DNA of 63,442 bases, counting the filler, from Octopus bimaculoides (Eukaryota): the NCBI RefSeq assembly GCF_001194135.2. It is 8 parts of 6 records of this genome, joined end to end, with 100 filler letters (N's around TTAATTAATTAA, not from the genome) between each part and the next. Parts side by side here need not be neighbours in the genome. Positions count along the whole stretch, not along the records: positions 41,012 to 58,479 come from NC_068986.1; positions 58,580 to 60,907 come from NW_026385533.1; positions 61,008 to 62,162 come from NC_068983.1; positions 62,263 to 63,442 come from NW_026310262.1; 4 more parts are not named here. One strand, 5' to 3'. Below, one piece after another: positions 51,041 through 63,442 of this stretch. Below the pieces are notes generated by a model that was not told the DNA's origin, did no database searches, and worked only from the letters and a program-made list of their open reading frames with translations. How positions within the stretch are numbered: position 1 is the stretch's first letter; each line of letters starts with the position of its first letter. A program made the position numbers and the translations under genes.

Positions 51041-52269
51041 CTTAATGTCAAAGAAGATATTGATGGTAATTTGAATCGGCTGTATCGGCCCCCACCATTT
51101 CCCTTGGGCATCATCGGTAGCGTGAAGTGAGAAGAGTAACTTCTAGTTTTCCTCAGAAATCCTACTCTCACTTGCACCTTGTAGAGAATCTTTCCAGGCA
51201 TGTAACCGCACGGCCAGACATGACTACAGGGCGCCCTCAAGATAGTCTTACATATTGGACAATAAATATCATCCATTACGACAGAGCACACTATTCTCTC
51301 TCTCCTTTTTTTTTTTTTTTTTTTTTTTTTTTTGTTATATCACAGCCTTAACATCTCATGTTTGTAAACGATGTTCTTACAGCTGAATATATTAATTTAT
51401 TCGGCTGAAGTTTATTTAATAGTTTCAGCTTATTAAGTCATAAATTACCTGATGCTGTTAACCTTCACCATTATAAATGTTCGGAAGGTGGGAAGGCGGG
51501 GAAAGGATTGGCTGATTTATTTTTATAACCGTTGGAAAATCAGGAAAGAACTAGGACAGAGCTATTTCAAGAGCAGAAATTTAATATGGGGGATGTTTTG
51601 ATTTCAGTTTATCGATCTAGCTTCAATAAGAGCAACTGTTTACAGAATTTATTGCTTGACGAGCGACTTACTGCGAATAAAAGTTGTTCAGTTTCAAGAC
51701 AACTGCTACGCTGTTAGATGACACTTCTCTATCTCTCTCTCCTCTCTCCCGGTTCTCTCTCTCTCTTTCTCTTCCCCCTTCCTCCCTCCCTTTTCCTTTA
51801 TATATGTCTCACTCTCTCTCTCTTTCTCTTTCCCTGTATCTTTCTTTCCGAAATATTTCGTTTTGTTTGACTTTGCTTCAGATATATTATTAATAGTCAT
51901 TTGCTTTATTAATCTATCGATTTCTTACATTGGCACACGGCCACACATTTCTAAGAGGAGGTTATAATCGATTAATTCGATTTCAGCTCATGTCTGGTAC
52001 TTATGTTTATTGATCAAGATTAAAAAAAAACAAGTCCAAGATGATCACTCTGGGATTTGAACTCAAACCAATAACAAACAGTGTCACACAACATTTGTTC
52101 TAATAAACATGATGGCCAGTCAGTAAATTAATTACTGGAGACTTGAATTCAGTATAGCCACGGGAAACATTACAAAATACCAGTAATATACGGAGCTCAT
52201 GTAGAGATAACTAACAACAAACTGGAAGACTGTCGGTTATGATCCGATCAATGATCTATTCTTTTCTTC

Positions 52270-52468
52270 TCTAGGTACAAGGCCCGAAATTTTGGGGGAG
52301 GAGGCCAGTCGATTTGATCGACCTCATTACGCAACTGGTACTTAATTTATCGACTCCGAAAGGATGAAAGGCAAAGTCGACTTCGGCGGAATTTGAACTC
52401 AGAATGTAAAGACAGACGAAATGCAGCTAAGCATTTCGCCTGGCGCGCTAACGATTCTGCCAGCTCGT
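52270..52468 (-). mobile_element. SINE family B copy
   Basis: ggtacaaggcccgaaattt..gaaaggatgaaaggcaaagtcgacttcggcggaatttgaactcagaatg..gctaacgattctgccagctcg. Confidence 0.88.
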
Positions 52469-53213
52469 CGCTTTCCAGCGTGTTCCTCAGTTATTCAAAC
52501 AGATTCACCGTTAAACATTTCGTTTCCGAAAATTTTTTTTTAATATACCNNNNNNNNNNNNNNNNNNNNNNNNNNNNNNNNNNNNNNNNNNNNNNNNNNN
52601 NNNNNNNNNNNNNNNNNNNNNNNNNNNNNNNNNNNNNNNNNNNNNNNNNNNNNNNNNNNNNNNNNNNNNNNNNNNNNNNNNNNNNNNNNNNNNNNNNNNN
52701 NNNNNNNNNNNNNNNNNNNNNNNNNNNNNNNNNNNNNNNNNNNNNNNNNNNNNNNNNNNNNNNNNNNNNNNNNNNNNNNNNNNNNNNNNNNNNNNNNNNN
52801 NNNNNNNNNNNNNNNNNNNNNNNNNNNNNNNNNNNNNNNNNNNNNNNNNNNNNNNNNNNNNNNNNNNNNNNNNNNNNNNNNNNNNNNNNNNNNNNNNNNN
52901 NNNNNNNNNNNNNNNNNNNNNNNNNNNNNNNNNNNNNNNNNNNNNNNNNNNNNNNNNNNNNNNNNNNNNNNNNNNNNNNNNNNNNNNNNNNNNNNNNNNN
53001 NNNNNNNNNNNNNNNNNNNNNNNNNNNNNNNNNNNNNNNNNNNNNNNNNNNNNNNNNNNNNNNNNNNNNNNNNNNNNNNNNNNNNNNNNNNNNNNNNNNN
53101 NNNNNNNNNNNNNNNNNNNNNNNNNNNNNNNNNNNNNNNNNNNNNNNNNNNNNNNNNNNNNNNNNNNNNNNNNNNNNNNNNNNNNNNNNNNNNNNNNNNN
53201 NNNNNNNNNNNNN

Positions 53214-53278
<65 letters not shown>

Positions 53279-53299
53279 TGTGTGTGTGTTTAGGGAGGG

Positions 53300-53530
53300 T
53301 ATGGATGTGTTTCTGTTTGTGTTTGTCCCCCACCACTGCTTGAAAACCGGCGTTGGTGTGTTTACGTCTCCGTAAATTAATGGTTCGGTAAATAGATCGA
53401 TAGAATAAGCACCGGGCTCTAAGGAAAAACGTAAATAAATATTAGGGGTCGATTCATTCGACTAGAAATACTTCGAGACAGTGCCCCCAGCGTAGGCGCA
53501 GTCTAATGATAGAAACAAGTAAAAGGATAA
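53300..53530 (+). mobile_element. SINE family C 3' half
   Basis: gtttgtcccccaccactgcttg..ggtgtgtttacgtc..gatagaataag..ggggtcgattc..gcagtctaatgatagaaacaagtaaaagg. Confidence 0.75.
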
Positions 53531-54110
53531 AATATAAAAAGATGCGTGACAGGTTCATGGTCAGAGTAATTAGTTCTCATTGACTTAAGTCTTCCTAATT
53601 GCTTATAATAAGTACGATATTTATCAAAAGCCGGATCGGTGTATAATTAAATATTTCATGAACTTCCACAGCTGGGTTCAAATCGTCAAACAGATCTGAG
53701 GAAGAAGTAGGTAACAGGAACTGACCTGAATGCATTCCTTCCTGAAAATCGGGTACATGTTTTCCATCGACAGAAAACTCCGGGAATTGTTTACATCTCA
53801 AAGGGAACGAATGGGAGGGCCGTCGGGTTACCTCCGACTGAGGTTAGTTATTATATTCCGTTAGTTCAAATATCACATTTTTCGCTTTGTTTTCCTTGGT
53901 AAAGGTCAGCGTACGGCTTCATCCGTTACACATCTGCTCTGGCGCTGACTTCTGAAAGCTTCATATGGACTTTATTTTAATGACAGTAAGCGAGAGATCA
54001 AAGGAGGGTTTGTTGAACACTAAAGACATGCACGACACCCATATACTTACAATAACACGCACACGCACACATGTACACACGCAAACATGCCTGCATATAT
54101 ACATACATTC

Positions 54111-54145
<35 letters not shown>

Positions 54146-54242
54146 TACACAAGCGTACGTGCATACATTATATGTATGTATGTGCATCTGTGTGTGTATA
54201 TATATATATATATATAGATAGATAGATAAAATTATGTATACA

Positions 54243-54297
<55 letters not shown>

Positions 54298-54303
54298 ACA
54301 CAC

Positions 54304-54334
<31 letters not shown>

Positions 54335-54767
54335 GTATATCTACACACACTCAGTCATACTTGTACTCTCACATGTGTATTGGTAAACATCTGTAGATAC
54401 ACAGTCACACAGACACACATACACACACACACATACATACACACACACACATTCGTACTTAAACACAAAGAAGCCGCCTACACACACCACACACACAGAC
54501 ACAACCATACAAACATGCGCACATAGACTTGTTTCCATATAAGCTCATAATAATTCACAAAGCGGAAACTCATACACATACATGCATACCTACATATACA
54601 CATGGCCATACTCGTATACACATGCATTTCATAAGCCACAAAGAAAAACTACACACTTTTAATCAAGAATACATATACACACGCAAATACGCACAGGAGA
54701 TGTGCTATATCCAAATACACATTCGCAGCATGTACGTTCAAAATCTAACTTGTTTCGAACAAGTAAT

Positions 54768-54809
<42 letters not shown>

Positions 54810-55659
54810 NNNNNNNNNNNNNNNNNNNNNNNNNNNNNNNNNNNNNNNNNNNNNNNNNNNNNNNNNNNNNNNNNNNNNNNNNNNNNNNNNNNNNNNNNNN
54901 NNNNNNNNNNNNNNNNNNNNNNNNNNNNNNNNNNNNNNNNNNNNNNNNNNNNNNNNNNNNNNNNNNNNNNNNNNNNNNNNNNNNNNNNNNNNNNNNNNNN
55001 NNNNNNNNNNNNNNNNNNNNNNNNNNNNNNNNNNNNNNNNNNNNNNNNNNNNNNNNNNNNNNNNNNNNNNNNNNNNNNNNNNNNNNNNNNNNNNNNNNNN
55101 NNNNNNNNNNNNNNNNNNNNNNNNNNNNNNNNNNNNNNNNNNNNNNNNNNNNNNNNNNNNNNNNNNNNNNNNNNNNNNNNNNNNNNNNNNNNNNNNNNNN
55201 NNNNNNNNNNNNNNNNNNNNNNNNNNNNNNNNNNNNNNNNNNNNNNNNNNNNNNNNNNNNNNNNNNNNNNNNNNNNNNNNNNNNNNNNNNNNNNNNNNNN
55301 NNNNNNNNNNNNNNNNNNNNNNNNNNNNNNNNNNNNNNNNNNNNNNNNNNNNNNNNNNNNNNNNNNNNNNNNNNNNNNNNNNNNNNNNNNNNNNNNNNNN
55401 NNNNNNNNNNNNNNNNNNNNNNNNNNNNNNNNNNNNNNNNNNNNNNNNNNNNNNNNNNNNNNNNNNNNNNNNNNNNNNNNNNNNNNNNNNNNNNNNNNNN
55501 NNNNNNNNNNNNNNNNNNNNNNNNNNNNNNNNNNNNNNNNNNNNNNNNNNNNNNNNNNNNNNNNNNNNNNNNNNNNNNNNNNNNNNNNNNNNNNNNNNNN
55601 NNNNNNNNNNNNNNNNNNNNNNNNNNNNNNNNNNNNNNNNNNNNNNNNNNNNNNNNNNN

Positions 55660-55698
<39 letters not shown>

Positions 55699-56481
55699 CA
55701 CACACACACATAAGCACATTAATACACACATAACTAGATGCATGAATATATACAAACATGTATGCACACCCGTATGATTACATAAACCCTCCATATATAT
55801 ATATATTCTTACGAAGTGGAAGAGTCATACAAGCACATATACATAAGTACTGATAGCACGTAAAAGTTATTTCTATATGTATTATCAATCTCAATACATG
55901 TGTGTGCGTGTGAGTTGGCGCATGCGTGTGAGTTGGCGCATGCGTGCCATGAACAATATCGAGTGAGCAGTAAGGGCTAAGCTTATTGAAACAGCGTATA
56001 TTTATTTGTATCTTGGTGCTTTTGGAACATAATGTTTATACAACACTTTAGAGACATTTTGTTTTGGCTCACTTGTGCCTCATTTCGCACTTGATAACCT
56101 AATCGTTTTTGAAAACTCGGCCACTACAATGGTTGTTAGTCACAGATCAACGGCAACCTAAGGTTTTTAAGAAGTCTTTCTATCAGATACATCAGTGAGA
56201 TCGAGCTATAAAAGTGTTTGCTATCGTTTATTTTCCAAGTAACAAGATTTCCGGTACTTAATTGGGAAGGTGTAAGCTAGGGGTCATCTGCTGTCCAATT
56301 CTGGTCGACTTCCGCCTATTTTGAGACATGCATCTGTGCTCGTGCGCGGGCACGTGTTTCTGTCAGTCTGCCTGTTTGTGTTTGTGTTGTGTGTGTATAT
56401 GCATGTGCTTTACAGCGTCTTATGTATGTATGCATATCTGTATATGTATTCATATCAAGCTGGTTAGCTTGGAAGCGAGCC

Positions 56482-56609
<128 letters not shown>

Positions 56610-56799
56610 GTCTGTTTGTCCATCTATTTAACTATCTCTCTGTCTCTCTCTCTTTCTCTATCTATCTATCTATCTTTCTTTCTACCTGCCTATCTGTCTG
56701 TCTGTCTGCGTCTCTATCTGTCTGTCTGTCTGCGTCTCTATCTGTCTGTCTGTCTGCGTCTCTATCTGTCTGTCTGTCCGCCCCTGTCTATGAATCGAT

Positions 56800-56955
56800 G
56801 GCTCTTTATCTATGCCATTGTTTCAGTTTACGTCTACCAAAATCCACTCACAAGATTTTGGACAGCTCGATGCTATAGTAGAAGACACTTGCTCAATGTG
56901 CCAGATGATGGGACGGAACCCGGAACCATATAGCTTCTTTCCACACAGCCACGCT
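56800..56955 (-). mobile_element. SINE family C 5' half
   Basis: ttcagtttacgtctaccaaaatccactcacaag..ctatagtagaagacacttgctcaatgtgcca..gggacggaacccggaacc..ccacacagccac. Confidence 0.8.
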
Positions 56956-57315
56956 TGCATAATTTTCCTTTTTCTCTTCATGCATAATGCATCTAGAACC
57001 AATTTATCCCCTTTCTGAAGAGAGTAATGGTGTGATACGAAGAGACTTGACTGTTATTTCTAGCATGTCGAATGACTGCGTAGATATTTGATTAACATAT
57101 GGCCATTGCTAAGGCATAGAGTAAGCAAGAAGAATGAACTCCTAGCAGCTTCGTTTAAGTCTGTTACCCGATCAATGCCGCTAGGATTGTCTTGGGACAC
57201 AGCAACAAAATACTATGGATTAGTTAATTGAAGAACTTCGTAACTTCCTAGAGTTTTCTTTTCTATTTCATCTACTTCTAAAATACTCCTTCTTCGCTCC
57301 CTCAAGCGATTGTGT

Positions 57316-57349
<34 letters not shown>

Positions 57350-57353
57350 TGTA

Positions 57354-57401
<48 letters not shown>

Positions 57402-58398
57402 TATTTATGCGTGTATATATATATATATGTATTTAAAGACACATATGTATTGGTCTCCAACTTAAAATGGAGGTTGTGTTTGAACAGACTTTTGCGTAAT
57501 TTACCTTGAGAAAATCCCTCATCAGGACGCGTGGTGCATCAAAGCACTCGTCATTATGTCGTTGACAGACGAGAATAGTTTGCTATGGCTATCAGAACTG
57601 CTAGCTCACGTGATTTCACTCTGCTATGGGTTCCTCGGTGACAGATATCCAGCAGCAGACATCACCAGGCCACCAGTGAACAGAAAAAATACGAAGACGC
57701 ATGATCCTTACAATAGACAAAGACATATGTATTTATTATTTACTGTTCATATCTTATTAAATTTTACTCTAAGTATTTTTCCAAAAATGAAGCATATCAT
57801 TGTACGTGTTCAGCAAATGTTTGGAGTTGTTATTTGGATTAGTTAGAGGAACAACATGGTTCTCGGAACGATCTTTTGTTGCCATACTTTCTATCATTTA
57901 TTTATCACCTATTTTTTAAACACGTCTTTTCTCTGCTTTTCAGTTTCATTTTTTGGCACCAAACAACCGTGATAAACAAGGATAGACGTATTATTTTCTT
58001 TATAGAACGCATGATATCCTGAAAACTATTTGGGTTAGGGGTTAACATAAGGGCAAACCACACGCCATAGTAGAGTGCTGAAATCTATGCTAATGATGGG
58101 AGTTTGCTTGTCACTAATTGGAGTCGTTTACCATGGTGTAGGTTCCTCGTGCTTTGTCGGTGAAACTCATAACAAACCTAATTGGTGCCGATTATATTTC
58201 AAGGCCACAAGGCTAGTAACGTTTTATACCGTTATTACCTTACCCACTTCCACAACTGACACACAATTGTCTTCTTCGCAACTATACTCTTTGTCTCTCT
58301 ATTTATGTCTCTTGCTCCTTACTTCTCTCTCTCTCTCTCTCCTCCTTCTCCTCCACTCTGGCTCCGATGGTTCCTCTGTTTTCGAAATGTACATATAT

Positions 58399-58438
<40 letters not shown>

Positions 58439-59019
58439 ACACACACACATACACACATACACACACACAAATATATATANNNNNNNNNNNNNNNNNNNNN
58501 NNNNNNNNNNNNNNNNNNNNNNNTTAATTAATTAANNNNNNNNNNNNNNNNNNNNNNNNNNNNNNNNNNNNNNNNNNNNCTCCCTCCCTCCCTCCTTCAC
58601 TCACACTCCCCCCTCTCTCTCTCATCTCTCCCTTTTCCACTATTCTTCTACCTCTCCTCCTCCTTCTCTCTCTCTCTGTTCGACTGTCACTCTCTTTCTC
58701 CAACTCGACGGCGTCTATTCATACTCGTCGTTTCCACGGCAACGTTAATTACGACACACCACTTAACACCGTTTCAATTAAATAGCCTTTTAATGACCGT
58801 ATGTGTGTTTACGGCAAGGACCGCTAGGTGGCGGGGTCAAGAGGGTAAAAGGGAGGCGACGAGGAGAGGTGAGAGGGTGGAGTGGGAGGGCAAAGGAGTA
58901 GGGCCTCTGATTGGTTAACTTCTACTTCACTTGTAACTAACCACAATGCATTCTGGATGTTTGTGTCAACGAGATTTGGAGGCAAATGGTTACAATTGCG
59001 AAACAAAATCATGCTGTAG

Positions 59020-59405
59020 AAAGGAGCTGGCTTCCCAACCACATGACTCCGGGTTCAGTCCCACTGCGTGGTTCTTTGGAGAAGTGCTTTCTACTATAGC
59101 CTCGGGCTGACCAAAGCCTTGTGAGTGGATTTGGTAGACGGAAATTGAAAGAAGCCCGTCGTATATACGTATTGGTATATGCATGTGCATGTGTATGTTT
59201 ATGTGTCTGTGTTTGTCCCCGCCCCCAACATCGCTTGACAACCGATGGTGGTGTGTTTAGGTCCCCGTAACTTAGCGGTTCGGCAAAAGAGACCGATAGA
59301 ATAAGTACTAGGCTTACAAAGAATAAGTCCTGGGGTCAATTTGCTCGACTAAAGGCGGTGCTCCAGCATGGCCGCAGTCAAATGACTGAAACAAGTAAAA
59401 GAGTA
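59020..59405 (+). mobile_element. SINE family C (CORE-like), near full length
   Basis: Head gggttcagtcccactgcgtgg (B box-like), CORE-like segment, internal TA/TG microsatellite, tail ccgcagtcaaatgactgaaacaagtaaaagag. Confidence 0.9.
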
Positions 59406-59540
59406 ANNNNNNNNNNNNNNNNNNNNNNNNNNNNNNNNNNNNNNNNNNNNNNNNNNNNNNNNNNNNNNNNNNNNNNNNNNNNNNNNNNNNNNNNNNNNNN
59501 NNNNNNNNNNNNNNNNNNTAATTCTCCCCTCTCACTCAAT

Positions 59541-59547
59541 AATAATA

Positions 59548-59599
<52 letters not shown>

Positions 59600-59610
59600 C
59601 GATGATGATG

Positions 59611-59661
<51 letters not shown>

Positions 59662-59670
59662 ATGATGATG
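59541..59670. repeat. (AAT)/(GAT)n microsatellite
   Basis: Directly visible. Confidence 0.97.
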
Positions 59671-59819
59671 ATTCGTTTACTGTTTCTTAAATAAAAATGT
59701 CATTAAGACGCCAAAATTAGATTAAATTACGATGGTGCCATGTGAATGGACATCGTTTAAGGAATTACAAGAAGAATTTGATGTGATTCGGTGCTGGGAA
59801 TTGGTAAATGGAACGTAAT

Positions 59820-60540
59820 AGACAGAACAATGTAGGAATGGAATATAAAGAGAATGAAGAATGGAAGGAAAGAAAGAAAGAATGAAGGAAGTTAAGAAGT
59901 GAATGGAAGGATGAAAGGAATAACGAAAGAAAAAAGTACAAGAAAAAAGGAAGGACGAAAGACAGAAGGGAAGAGGGAAAGAAAGAAATAATGAAGGAAG
60001 GAAAAGAAGGAAGAAAGAAAAAGAAAGAGATATGGAAAGAACGGGGAGGAAGAGAAGAAAAGGAATGAATGAATGGAGGAAGGGAGGAAGAATAAGAGAG
60101 ATAGAGTGAAAGAAGGAGAGACGGAAGAATGAGAAGGAAGAATTGAAGAAAGAAAAAGGAGAAAGAAAGAAAAACGAAGGAAGGAAAAGAAGGAAGAAAG
60201 AAAAGGAAAGAGATATGGAAAGAACGGGGAGGAAGAGAAGAAAAGGAATGAATGAATGAAGGAATGAATGAATGGAGGAAGGAAGAATAAGAGAGAAAGA
60301 ATGAAAGAATGAGAAACGGAAGAATGAGAAGGAAGAATTGAAGAAAGAAAAAGGAGAAAGAAGGAAAAACGAATGAAGAGAGAAAGAAAATGGTGGAAGA
60401 AGGAAGGGAAAGAAGAAGGTAAAGGAAAGAGAGATAAAGGAGGAATAAAGATAAAGAAAGAGCGAAAGAATGAGAAACGAAAAGAACGAGAAAGAAGGAG
60501 AAGGAAAAAATAAGGAAGGAAGGCAGGAAAGGAAGAAAGA
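59820..60540 (+). repeat. About 700-bp polypurine (GA-rich) tract containing a tandem duplication of about 185-195 bp
   Basis: gagatatggaaagaacgggga and acggaagaatgagaaggaagaattgaagaaagaaaaaggagaaag each occur twice (about 59993-60176 and 60177-60372). Confidence 0.9.
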
Positions 60541-60814
60541 GCTTTTACGATTTCCAGCCGAAAACCCGAACCACTAAGCCACGCTGCTACTCATTTGTTG
60601 GCTCTCCGTCGCTTACGACGACGAGGGTTCCACTTGATCCGATCAACGGAACAGCCTGCTCGTGAAATTAACGTGCAAGTGGCTGAGCACTCCACAGACA
60701 CGTGTACCCTTAACATAGTTCTCGGGGACATTCAGCGTGACACAGGATGTGACAAGGCTGACCCCTTTGAATTACAGGCACAACAAAAACAGGAAGTAAG
60801 AGTGAGAGAAAGTT
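60541..60814 (-). mobile_element. SINE family A 3' body (60595-60814) next to a separate tRNA-derived head (60541-60588)
   Basis: cgtcgcttacgacgacgagggttcc..gtaagagtgagagaaagtt. The head on the minus strand reads gcagcgtggcttagtggtt. Confidence 0.82.
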
Positions 60815-61007
60815 AACAACATCGATCAATCGTTGCAGAATGGATCTGTTTCGTCTAACTTCCTTAATACGATATTGTATGCTTTGATTTTTACATGCAT
60901 CTAATTGNNNNNNNNNNNNNNNNNNNNNNNNNNNNNNNNNNNNNNNNNNNNTTAATTAATTAANNNNNNNNNNNNNNNNNNNNNNNNNNNNNNNNNNNNN
61001 NNNNNNN

Positions 61008-61070
<63 letters not shown>

Positions 61071-62097
61071 ACACATACATACATTCGTACACACACAGAG
61101 GCTCGCATGCACACACACACACACACGTACACACACATACAATGTTATCTTTTCTTCTCAGAATTACGTTTAATGGTGTAGTTTCGGGTCATATATTTAC
61201 ACTTTAAGCCATTAAATAAATCTAACTAAACTCTATGGTCAATGAAGTGCAGAGTATCGCTCAAATCGGCGATTCAGTATAATTCACTAAATTCACTATA
61301 ATTTTATTTCATACTATGCCCTGAACTACTAAAGATTCCCACCTCGTTGTCTTTGTATTAGTTTTATTTGTGTTGCCGGGGATGGTTTTTTTTTCATATA
61401 ACTTTTTCAATACCGAGTAATGCAATTATATTTCTCACCGCATATTCATGTCTATAGCTATATATCAATTTATCTTTCTCTCTCAGGGCTTGTCCCATAA
61501 TCTAGATTCATACAGAAATTTCATATATGTACAAATAAATAGTTATAGAATATGCGTATAAAATATATATCTTCTAAAAATTAGACAGGGCCACCAATCG
61601 TCCCAGCCAGAATGATCCATCTCATATACTGGGCCCAAGGAAAACTATACAAAAAACGGCTCTTCACTCCTGACAGATACATATATTGAATCAGCGTCAT
61701 TTACTCTGGTGGAAAAAATAATGATGTTTTGATTGTCTAATTGCATGCTGCAGTACCTGCTGAGAGAAAAAAAAAACTATGAACTTTTGAATAGTTTGTG
61801 CATGTTTATAGTAAGGCATTTTCCTGCTGCATTGTTCAAGACTTCCGGCGGCCTCTGACCTCACGGATTCCTTATGCCTTGATCGTTCATCTCCTATATC
61901 TGAGGTATCTTCTACCTTCTATATCAATTTTATTCTCACATTCATTCTAGCTCAAGAATCGTTCCAGCACATGCCTGTAAGCATCTTAGTAACACATTAG
62001 TAATATTCACTATGAATTTTCCTGCAGGTCTCTGACGGACCTTTATGAGTTCATACACACACGCACACACATGCACAAACACAAACATACACACACA

Positions 62098-62160
<63 letters not shown>

Positions 62161-62261
62161 CTNNNNNNNNNNNNNNNNNNNNNNNNNNNNNNNNNNNNNN
62201 NNNNNNTTAATTAATTAANNNNNNNNNNNNNNNNNNNNNNNNNNNNNNNNNNNNNNNNNNN

Positions 62262-63300
62262 NGTTAAAGTCGCCTAGGAAAAGTATATTGATGTGTTGGT
62301 CTAGATTTGTCAAGACCACTTCTATGCGTCTGAGACTGTCCTCAAATTTACCCTCCTGCTTTGCGGTATTTGGTGGACGGTATGTTGAGCATACAACTAC
62401 ATCAATTTGTTTTATGTGTACTATTAAAGTATCACATACAGAGTTTGAGTGTGATAGGAGTAGTAGGGGTGTGACATCTTCTTGGATGTACATTGCAACT
62501 CCCCCATGACTTCTATCCCTTCTGTCTGTTCAGAGTACAGCATACTCTGGTATGTTTATCTCCGCATCTGCTATATTAGGTGTTAGATGCGTTTCGGTAA
62601 GTGCCATGCATATTGCTTGATTGCATGTAACTAGGTATTTAAGGTATAGAAACTTGTCTTTGCCGCCTGTTCGTAATAGGCCCTGGATATTCAGTAGGAA
62701 TATGGGTGTGATATCTGTGCAGGGGTTCCTGGTGTTAGCGGTGGCCATCCCTGATCCATCATCTGTGGTGGTCTTGGACAATGGTTCATGNNNNNNNNNN
62801 ATCCCTGATCCATCATCTGTGGTGGTCTTGGACAATGGTTCATGTGGCATTGACTCTGTACCCTCTGCATCCACGTTAACTGATGCACCATTTTCTGGGC
62901 CATGCTTAAAAAAGCTTGCTGTTCAGCTGCTGCAGTTCACACAGCCTCTGCACACAGCCTTTTGTTGGGAGCAGACGGAATATACGGACTTCTCTCTTTC
63001 TGAGTCCTGTTGGTATTCGGTGAATTATGTGTATGTAGATTTAAGCTTTCCGGTCTCCCTTTTCTGTGCTCCTGCTTATTTTGTTTTAAGTGGTTATCTA
63101 CCTTGTTTAGCTGGTGGTGTTTGGGATGGGCAAATTTGCAGCTTCGTCCCTTTTCCCCGTGCCAGCAGGTACCATTTAGGTAGAATTTACAGATAATCTG
63201 TTTCTTTTTCTTTGTATGACGTGCTTGTGCTTGAAGCCTGTTTGTGTTTGTGTTCACCGTCTTCTTGTCTGTTCTCCTGTCTCTGTCGTTTGGTGTGGTG
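62262..63300 (-). mobile_element. CR1/L2-group LINE 5' part: ORF1 with a CCCH finger and ORF2 APE endonuclease
   Basis: ORF1 has ICKFYLNGTCWHGEKGRSCKFAHPK. ORF2 has IFLLNIQGL..ALTETHL..EINIPEYAVL*TDRRDRSHGGVAMYI..STYRPPN..ILFLGDFN. A single in-frame TGA (62530-62532) joins the two listed ORFs. Truncated by a gap. Confidence 0.9.
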
Positions 63301-63411
63301 CTGCGTTGGCTGCATTCACCATGGCCATTGCAGCCCTCAGCAGCGGCTACAGCACTGGTGGCATTTGTATGTATATATATATGTATATATAGATATATGT
63401 ATATATGTATA

Positions 63412-63442
<31 letters not shown>

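Noticed and set aside
51532-52260. VLISVYRSS and LITGDLNS peptides resembling APE motifs
   Set aside because: Isolated short matches without surrounding context; could be chance.
57500-57545. CTGATGA on the minus strand (also 14637 and 57016 on the plus strand) as hammerhead cores
   Set aside because: No correctly placed GAAA or stem III follows.
58031-58045. GGGTTAGGGGTTAA telomere-like word
   Set aside because: Only about two units, which is expected by chance.
62747-62845. 44-bp direct repeat in the LINE across a 10-N gap (similar case at 6880-7020)
   Set aside because: The same sequence on both sides of a tiny gap is most simply an unmerged contig overlap. A true tandem repeat cannot be shown without reads.

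Overview
This is an AT-rich, gap-ridden animal genomic scaffold saturated with microsatellites and interspersed repeats. The repeat families and microsatellite density resemble a coleoid cephalopod (Octopus-like) assembly; that species call is an inference from recall, not a search. I can support no intact host protein-coding gene, rRNA, tRNA or CRISPR array, and most long ORFs in the track are artefacts of N-runs or dinucleotide repeats. The recognisable content is a transposable-element graveyard. Non-LTR retroelements: an RTE LINE, five R4/Dong-type fragments (three abutting TAA-type arrays), CR1/L2-type fragments and a Penelope-like GIY-YIG fragment with hammerhead-ribozyme-like motifs. 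DNA transposons: a near full-length mariner, a maT-like Tc1/mariner and a Helitron. There are also two inverted LTR-like copies and several SINE-like families in many copies. The most striking unexplained structure is a 617-bp element at 47569-48185, with an 8-bp target-site duplication, 37-bp terminal inverted repeats, inner inverted repeats and a central palindrome of telomeric repeats, (TAACCC)7-TA-(GGGTTA)7. Four weak candidate exons on the minus strand could belong to a host gene with long introns but are unconfirmed.
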